From: Chrysomallon squamiferum
Lineage: Eukaryota > Animalia > Mollusca
Length of the DNA: 64,000 nt
Assembly: GCA_012295275.1 (NCBI GenBank)
Contig: CM022668.1
Coordinates: 7,378,001-7,442,000, forward strand
Reading direction: 5' to 3'
In this document: piece by piece, positions 55,657-64,000 of the stretch
How positions within the stretch are numbered: the stretch's first letter is position 1
How the letters are laid out: every line of letters starts with the position of its first letter
The notes under the pieces: generated by a model
The model's database searches: none
Seen by the model: only the letters and a program-made list of their open reading frames with translations
What the model was told of the DNA's origin: nothing
Position numbers and translations under genes: made by a program

Positions 55657-55678
55657 AAATTTTATATCCCTGTGTTAA
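55633..55678 (+). CDS. Candidate internal first exon E, coding part MFWKLMSVKFYIPVL-
   Basis: Donor AA|gtaagt at 55679. In-frame ATGs at 55633 and 55648 follow TGA 55630. The phase-1 end is in frame with 63099, and TATAAAAG lies at 55613. Confidence 0.35.
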
Positions 55679-56881
55679 GTAAGTGGAGATGTTAGACTGA
55701 ATTGTTCATTTTTTTTTTCTTTTTTTTGTTGTTGTTTTGTATCAGATGTAGTCTGGATAGATCATGTGTCCAGTCAGTCTGAGTAATGTAACAGACTAAC
55801 GTCATTATTTCAAATTTGTTTCTTTGCAATGAGTTTTAATTTTTAAAATTCTTATATTCACAAGATTTATTAATTTATTTATGTATTATTTTCTCACCTT
55901 CTTCTGTTATTATTAGACATCTTGTTCCTTTTGCTGTTGCTGCTGCTGTTGATGTAGTTGCTGTTGCAGTAGCTGTTATGGTTGTTTTTATAATGAAGCC
56001 TAGGTTCCTCTTGTTACAAGAAAAGTGATATTTTTATATATGTATTTCTAATAGGACAATAACACACAGTACAGTTTAACAGAAGATAAAAAAAAAAAAA
56101 TATATATATATATGTCTCTGTTTCATAAATAATTCATAATAACTGTTATAGTCAATATATTGAATTTAATATGAAATTCAATGCTAACTATGTTAAATAT
56201 GTTTCAATTTTTTGTTTATTTATTTATTTATTTATTTATTTTTTTATTTATTTGTTTGTTTTTTTATTTTGGGGAATTTCTTTTTATCATTATGTTATAA
56301 TTTATTCAAAATATTATTGTCATTATTATATTATATTACTATTAATATTATTATTATTATTATTATAAATATTGTTATTATATTACATTCCTATTATTAT
56401 CATAAATATTGTCATTATTTTATTATTATTGTTATTATTTTTATATTTTATTTATTTATTTTTCATTATTATTATTTTTTATGTTTTAATCATTACTAAT
56501 TTTTAATTTACAAGTAACTGTTAGGTATCAAGTATATTGTATGTATTCAGAACAAATGCACTGAAAAGTATTACAACCATAAACAAACATCTGTTGTAAG
56601 CTGTTTATGTAAACATATAGGTCATAAAACTATTTTAAAATGGATTTTTAGAGTCCACAGTTTAAGAAGATACTTCTGAAATTTAAACTTCTATTATTAC
56701 TAAACTGATTAAAAATTGATTATTGAAAAAGCATGGATTACTGATAATTCCAAAAGCATGTCTTGTAGTCTTTTTTTCATTTGTTTATTTATTTTTTATA
56801 TTCATGCATTTGTTTGTTTATTTATTTACTTATTTATTTATTTTTTATCTTATTTTATTGTCTTTTTATTTTTATTTTATT

Positions 56882-56916
<35 letters not shown>

Positions 56917-57526
56917 TTTTTTAATTTATAATCTATTTATATTTATATTATTTGAATTTAAAAAAAAACAAAAAAAAAAACACCTGTACAGGTAACTATT
57001 TACAGGTATACTTAGCTCAGTTTCCATATAATATATTAAAAGATTTCATTTCAAATGGATCAGGTGGTTTATACTGTAGTCTCTGTCTGTTCCACACAAA
57101 GACCAGTAACTCAAGAACACATAGTTAAGAAGATAAGATGGGGGAGAAAACACGCACTGATTTTCAAGATGGGTTGTGTGTATATATAAAAATATAAAAA
57201 TAAAAGAAAGTTATTTGTCCAGTCTCTGTAACATGAAACCAATCCAGAGGACACATAAAAATAAAACAAATTCTATGATATAAACAAAATTTTGACCATA
57301 AACTGGACAATTTCAGGTATAACAGCTCAGCGTGTTTGTAAAGACTGATCATTTTCTTCCTACCCTGGGAGGGGTTTAGGTGTGGCAGCTGGTTTCAAGT
57401 GGGTTAGTGAGTTTGAAGATGGTGTACAGAAGACATCAACCAGATTTTGTATAGAATGTATTGTCACTGTTAAATAGCTTTAGCTTATAGGTGGGTTTTT
57501 TCTTCTTCTTCTTGTATTTGGGGTTA

Positions 57527-57698
57527 TCAGTGGCTTGTATATGATGTTAAGATCTGTGGGAAGGTTTATACAAATGATCACTTTCTGCTAATTTTCTTCT
57601 TGTATTTGTTAATGTTATGCATTTGGATTTATCAGTGGCTGGTATATGAATGTTAATATCTGTGGGAAGGTTTATATAAATGATCACTTTCTGCTAAT
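57527..57698 (-). mobile_element. Two tandem decayed copies of the same interspersed repeat, opposite orientation
   Basis: ATCTGTGGGAAGGTTTATA.AAATGATCACTTTCTGCTAAT occurs twice (~57552, ~57658). Its reverse complement aligns with ATTAGCATCAAGAGTTATTTTATCTACCTGTCCCATAGAC at 21991. Confidence 0.5.
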
Positions 57699-57954
57699 CT
57701 TTAATTATATGAATGTTGGGATTTGGATTTAAAATATAATGTTTATTTATGGGAAAGTTTATTAACTTTATTTTAACTGAATAATTTTTAATGTTAAACA
57801 TTCCTTCAATGGTTTATCAGGTTTAATTTGTTTAAATCTTTACTTACTGTTTATTTTTGAATGAATTAATGGTTAATGTTAAACATTCCCTTTATTCTTT
57901 CCATCTTTTTAATAATTTTTTTAAATACTTCTCTCTCTCTCTCTCTCTTTCTTA

Positions 57955-57989
<35 letters not shown>

Positions 57990-58954
57990 CTTTCCTGTTT
58001 TCTTTTTCTCTCTCTCCTTTCTTCCATTGCTCTTTCTCTTTTCTTCCTTTCTCTTTCTTTCTCTGTCTCTCTCTCTCTCTTTGTCTGTCTGTCTCTCTGT
58101 CTTTGTCTGCCTGTCTGTCTATCTGTCTCTCTCTCTTTCATTCTCTCTTATCATATACATAAACATTTTACAAAATGTATTCATCCCCTGTGCAGTGTTT
58201 ACACATTGCACAGTGTTTACAATCAGTACACATGCTGTTTGCACACTGCACACTGTTTACAAACTGTTTACATGTGTTGATATAGATAATAAAGACCTAT
58301 TGTAACAGCCAGACATCCAAACAAATGTTTGATGTAGACTAAACAAATGTTTGATGTAGAATTTGTAATTAACCTCCACATTCCACTGTATGGGTTTTTT
58401 TTTGTTGTGTTTTTTTTACTTCTAAACACACAGAAAGGAGGAAAAATGTGTTTGTTGTAAACTTCCTCTGCAGTTTAAGAGCTGTGTGTTTCAAATGCTG
58501 AATCTTGTGTTGTGTATATTTGTATAGTGCAGTTTGAGTCTAACTTAAAAGTGGAAAGTGCTGAATTTGAGAAAATTTGAGGTTTTTAAAAAATATAGGT
58601 GACTCTATTTTATAAATGGATTAACTGTAGAATTAGAATAAGTAGACTTGATTATTATATTTTTTTCTATTATGATGATGATGACAATTTTATTGTTATT
58701 ATATTTATGACTGTTTTGTTATTTATGTTATTATTTTAAATAATTATTAATGGTCTTATTATTATTATCATTATATTATTATTATAATTACTATTATTAT
58801 TATATTCATTACTACTACTACTACTACTGTTGTTGTTGTTATTATTATTATTGTTATCATCATCATCATTATCAGTTTATAATATTTAATTCTTTTTCTT
58901 GTTCATTATATTTTAAATTCAGTTTGTTTTTATATTTTCATCTTCCTTTTTTGT

Positions 58955-59034
<80 letters not shown>

Positions 59035-59259
59035 CCATACACACACACACACATACAAGAACACATTTCTTTGGAATGTCCTTTTGGAAGAGTTATGTGA
59101 CCTTTCTAATTGTCAAGGAAACAGGAGCTATGTACAGATTCCTGGTATGAGGTGTGCATTGAGATTCTTATCTCTGTGAAATCCCTTCCAGTGCAAACAG
59201 ATTAGGTGTTGACTTGTTCAGATTATACCCAGCTATATCTTGACCCCGGGTCAAGCCTG

Positions 59260-59775
59260 AATTACCTCCCCTGACAGTGTGGAATGAACTCTTTTTCTTC
59301 TTCTTTTTTCAAAGAACATAATGTGTTTATGATAGTTGATACACCACTGAAATTGATCTGCCCTTTCAATACAGAAGGAATTTTGTTGGTATATGTATAT
59401 AAGATTATAATTTGATGATGTGTCTAAGTTGAATTGTCTCCCTTGACAGTAGAGAAAGAATGCTCTTCTTGTATATGAGATTATAATTTGTAAATGACAA
59501 ATGATATATCTAAAGAATATTGTCTCCCTTGACAGCAGAAATCTTTTTTTTTATATAAGACTGTAATTTGTAAATGACAAATGTTATGTCAACAGAATTG
59601 TCTCCCTTGACAATAAGGAAAGAAATTTTCTGGTGTAAGATTATAATTTCTAAATGACAAATGATATGTCTGAGCAGAATTATCTCCCTTAACAGCAGGG
59701 ACCCTTTTTTCTTTCTTTCTTTTTTTAATCATGTGTAAATGACAAATGATTTTTTTAAACAGAATCATTTTCCCT
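59260..59775. repeat. Decayed ~80-87 bp tandem array with GAATTGTCTCCCTTGACAG and AAGATTATAATTTGTAAATGACAAATG
   Basis: Cores at ~59260, 59351, 59431, 59518, 59595, 59677 and 59762. Confidence 0.8.
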
Positions 59776-60497
59776 TTTTCTTTTCTTTTTTGTGATAATG
59801 TTGCCAGATTGATGTAACTAAGAATTAAATAGAATATCCTTCTTTAACCATACTAACCAAGTGTTTAATATATACATATATGTATACAACTACACATGTA
59901 CATGTGAGTGCATAATTTAATTTATATGTCAGTGAACTAGTATTTTCACACAAATTGCAGAAACGACAACATTGCATGTGTATACTTTATGTATACTTCA
60001 TGTATATTTTATTATTCTGTTTGTTGTTTTTGTTTTGTATTTAAGATAATCACCACAGATCAGAGATGGTTGTAAATGTCACAGCCCAAGGTCAGAACTG
60101 GAAAACCTGATCTGTTTTACAATTAAATCCCTCCATCATCAACCTGTTTTTCTCTGTTTATCTCTCCCATCAGTTGCACTCATTTCAACAGTATTTTTCT
60201 AATTTGATAATTTTCCATCAGCTTTCATTTCTTTCACATTTAACAGACACAAATGTGTACACCATTGTTTAGCTCAGAGAGCAGAATATGTACTATAATA
60301 TACCTCATTGTTGTTACTGTATACATCACTTCTTGTAACAGCTGGTGTCTATTGATTCAAACCAACATGGCTGCCACCAGACCAGTCATGAAAACTCATA
60401 GACTGGTTTTCAGTTCTCTGCTTCACTCAACATAGAAAACTCACTGACTGTTTTAAAATTAGCTACTTTAATTTTTATTATTGTTGTTGTTGCTATA

Positions 60498-60569
<72 letters not shown>

Positions 60570-61574
60570 GTTGTTGTTATTATTGGTATTATTATTGATA
60601 TTATTATTAATATTATTATTGATATTATTATTAGTAGTAGTAGTAATACTGATAGTATTATTATTATTATTATCATTATTATCATCATCAAAATAAATGA
60701 ATAAATAAATTAATTAAATTAAAAAATAAACTGATTCACAAAAGAAAGGAAATAAATTTTCATAAATAATCTTTTTTCATCATTACATAATAATTAATGT
60801 AACTGAACTGAGCATTTGAATTTGTAATTAAATCTACACAGTTGAGTTTTATCATTCGGAGACTACCATAGAAATGAAAGCTTAAAGCCAATGAAATGAA
60901 GACTTAAATTAATGAGATCTTACATCTAGACATGTCCTATGAAATAATTCATTAAAAAAATGTAATGGATTCCATTCTTTCTTTCCCTCCTTTTTTCCTT
61001 TTTTTATTATTTTTTTTTAATTTTTTTGGCTTCTTCTGAAAAACATAAAAAGGAATTTTGTAAACAAGGTGAAAGGAATGACAAACATAATGATTTGGCT
61101 GAGTATCTGGGTTCAAACCCTGACAGTAGACACAGGAATTTAAATAGTGATATATTCAGTTAAATATGTCACCTTTTGTGTTAAGTACAGGAATTTCATT
61201 TCTTTTTTTTTTTTTTTATGAGCTCATTATTTTATTTTTTTATTTTAGAAGAGGAAAACTTGGTTTCCTGTTTTTTATAGGATTTTAATTTTTAGAGGAA
61301 GTTTATATAACTTTTTTTTTAATCCTGAAAACTAAAATATTATTTGATGTATGGGGGGTACAAAAGTAGGTACACAGTAGTATCACATCAGTGAATTCAG
61401 TAGCACATTAAATTAGTTGGACTCATTTTTCTTATTTTGAGAGTCATTAACCATGTTTTATTTAAATTAATAAAAATTCATTTTTTGTTTGAATAATAAA
61501 TGCCATGAGTACTGTAAGTGTTTTTTTTTTTTTTTCATATATATTTCTGTTTGTTTATAATAGTTATTGATTGA

Positions 61575-61611
<37 letters not shown>

Positions 61612-61794
61612 AATTTTGTGTTTATGATTAAAATGAAAATGAAAAATTTGTCAATTAAAATTAACTAAGTAAAAAAATAACAAGTAAATAATATAAAAAA
61701 ATAACAAAGTAAATAATATAAAAAAATAATAAGTAAATAAGTAAATTAAAAAATTAGTAAGTAAATAAGTAAATAAATAAGTAAATAAATAAAT

Positions 61795-61827
<33 letters not shown>

Positions 61828-62105
61828 TTAAATAATAAATAAACAAATCAAAATTTTTAAATAATAAAAAAAAAAAATGAATTACTAAAATAAAAAGTTA
61901 AAACACTACAAAAATAAAGTAACAAAAATAAACACACAGAGAATCCAGGTAGCTGCTGATTAGTCAGGTGAGCTGAAACAGAAAGGAAGTTTGGCTATTG
62001 TGTAAATTATTGAAAATGGCAAACAAACAATAAAAATCCATTTGTGGATGTTGCATCTTTGTCTTGCTTGTTTTGACGTTGTAAACGATGGTGTGATCGC
62101 AGCAC

Positions 62106-62343
62106 TCAGTGACTCTGCCTCAAATATTTGTTGTCACGTTGCTGTTGTTTCGAAAATGAGATTTATTTTAAACGTTTCTCCGAAACGCTGAAGAAGTATT
62201 TAGAACTCTTCTTTCTTAGAGTTACTAATTTGTCTGTTAATTTTGAAAATTATGAGATAATCTGGATTATCAGCTGGGGATTAGGATAATTCAGATTAGT
62301 AATTTGATATTTGTTTCGTGGATTTTTTTTTTTTTTTGAACGA
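62106..62343 (+). other. Candidate non-coding internal first exon F
   Basis: About 10 CpGs in 62070-62343, Inr-like TCAGT at 62106, donor GA|gtaagt at 62344, 755 nt upstream of acceptor 63098. The phase-1 frame has TGA at 62337, so it is non-coding. Confidence 0.4.
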
Positions 62344-62459
62344 GTAAGTTTTCATAACTTCTGTTTTTATGTAATTTATTATTATTTGTTTTAATTCCTG
62401 ATATTTTTATATCTCTTAATTATTCATGCAAAGAGTATCAGTTTAAACAAAATTCTTAA

Positions 62460-62481
62460 TTTTGTTATTTTTCATCTGTTA

Positions 62482-62525
<44 letters not shown>

Positions 62526-63096
62526 CATAATCATCACCATCATCATTTTTCATATTATTAAAATCTATTATAACCATTATAATTTTAATGACATTATCAT
62601 TATTATAATTTGTTGTTTTCCAATAATGTTATTATTATTATTGTTAATATTATTACTGTTACTGTTACTTTTTCAATTACTTCTATTATAATTACTGTTA
62701 CAACTGCTGTAATTGGTACTAATATTATTGTTTTTATTACTGTTATTTTATTAGTATTAGTGTTATTGTGATTATTATTATTACTACTGTTAGTTACTAT
62801 TATTGTTATTATTGTTATAATTACTATTACTATTGTTACTATTGCTATTAATATTGTTTGTTACCTACTATTATTCATCTTATTAATATTATTATTGCCA
62901 TTATTGTTGTTGATGTTATTACTATTACTACTATTATTACTATTATTTTTATTATTACTATTTCTACTTCTATTTTTACTACTACTATTATTATTATTAT
63001 TATTATTATTATTACAACTATAATAATAATTATTATTGTTGTTGTTGTTATTATTACTGTTATTTTTGTTGTCATTGTTGTTGTTGTTGTTGTTAC
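62460..63096. repeat. Compound (TTA/TTG/CTA)n tract abutting the 63099 acceptor
   Basis: Seen directly. Confidence 0.9.
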
Positions 63097-63098
63097 AG

Positions 63099-63265
63099 AA
63101 TTGCCAGTTCCCAGTCACAGAACTCCAGTACATGACAAGCCAGTGGCTCGAGCCTCATCACTGGAAACTCTTCTGTTGCCTAGCAACCAGAAAGACACTG
63201 ATCTTAGTTCCAAACATCCCGAAACACTTTTGCGTGCACTGGAAAGCCTATTAAAGAAAAACGAG
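63099..63265 (+). CDS. MYRIP: Probable downstream coding exon (E)LPVPSHRTPVHDKPVARASSLETLLLPSNQKDTDLSSKHPETLLRALESLLKKNE
   Basis: Acceptor tgttacag| at 63098, donor GAG|gtttgt at 63266. Phase-1 start matches the upstream exons. It is the only complex, protein-like part of ORF 62858..63289. Confidence 0.7.
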
Positions 63266-63549
63266 GTTTGTAACATTTCTTCTTCATAACTATCTTCTTT
63301 GTTTCATTGCTATTCAAACAGTTTCTCTGATTGAATAACATAGGTTGAAGAAAGAATTAAATTTCTAAAGTGTGACTTGTGTGGAAGAATGCACTTCAAT
63401 TTTCTTAATATCTGCAGTAATAGATATATAATAATTTTCCCAGTGTTTTATTTAGAATTTCTCTGTCTCTCAGCCTGTCTCATTTTGTGTCTTTGGATTC
63501 TGTTCTCATCTTTGTGCATGTTCTCTATATTTGTTTCTTTCTCTGCCTG

Positions 63550-63704
<155 letters not shown>

Positions 63705-64000
63705 CTATCAGTCTCTGTATCTCTATCTTACACTCTTTTAATCATTCACTCTTTCTCTATCTTCTCTATCATTCTTTTTCTCTGTATCCTTTTCTTTTCT
63801 CTGTCTCTCTGCCCCATCCCATTCCCACCCTACCCAGAACAACTTCCATCCTCCCCCACCCTTCTTCCCCACCCCATCCCACTTTCGCCCCACCCACTGC
63901 CCTTCCCTGCAACAACCTAACGACACTAATTATCCCAGATCTTCTTACCTTTTCAATAGCTCACTCGGCCACATTCCACCATCCTGAAAAAACAAACAGT

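Noticed and set aside
56152-56530. AG-free T-rich tract ending in caag|TAACTGTTAG|gtatca as a hidden exon
   Set aside because: 10 nt is not frame-preserving and the donor is weak.
60362-60375. CAACATGGCTGCC as a start codon or promoter YY1 site
   Set aside because: The ORF is short with no donor nearby, and the motif is common in dispersed repeats.

Overview
AT-rich, CpG-depleted, microsatellite-saturated animal genomic DNA (probably molluscan; inferred from repeat content only). It is mostly intron of one large + strand gene for a Rab27-effector of the MyRIP/melanophilin (Slac2/exophilin) family. Three exons (13647-13756, 28065-28286, 28884-29026) splice in frame into a complete Slp-homology Rab-binding domain: the MGRKLNLSHLTEEESEKILQVIQKDFELRQKE helix, a 4x CxxC FYVE-like Zn finger and SCEWFY...RFGSAKV. 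Two further in-phase exons (33199-33321, 63099-63265) and a candidate 12-nt microexon (52826-52837) follow, and the gene continues past the window. The most unusual signals are (i) five candidate alternative first coding exons that all end in phase 1 and can feed phase-1 acceptors before or after the Rab-binding module, (ii) a ~1 kb array of about 24 CAGGTR/YACCTG motifs in a repeated inverted-pair grammar near an internal first exon, (iii) the microexon with downstream Quaking-type motifs, and (iv) 300-430 nt AG-free microsatellite tracts before three acceptors. Almost all ORFs in the supplied track are microsatellite artefacts. No rRNA, intact tRNA, CRISPR or transposase gene is visible. All splice models were read by eye and need RNA evidence.
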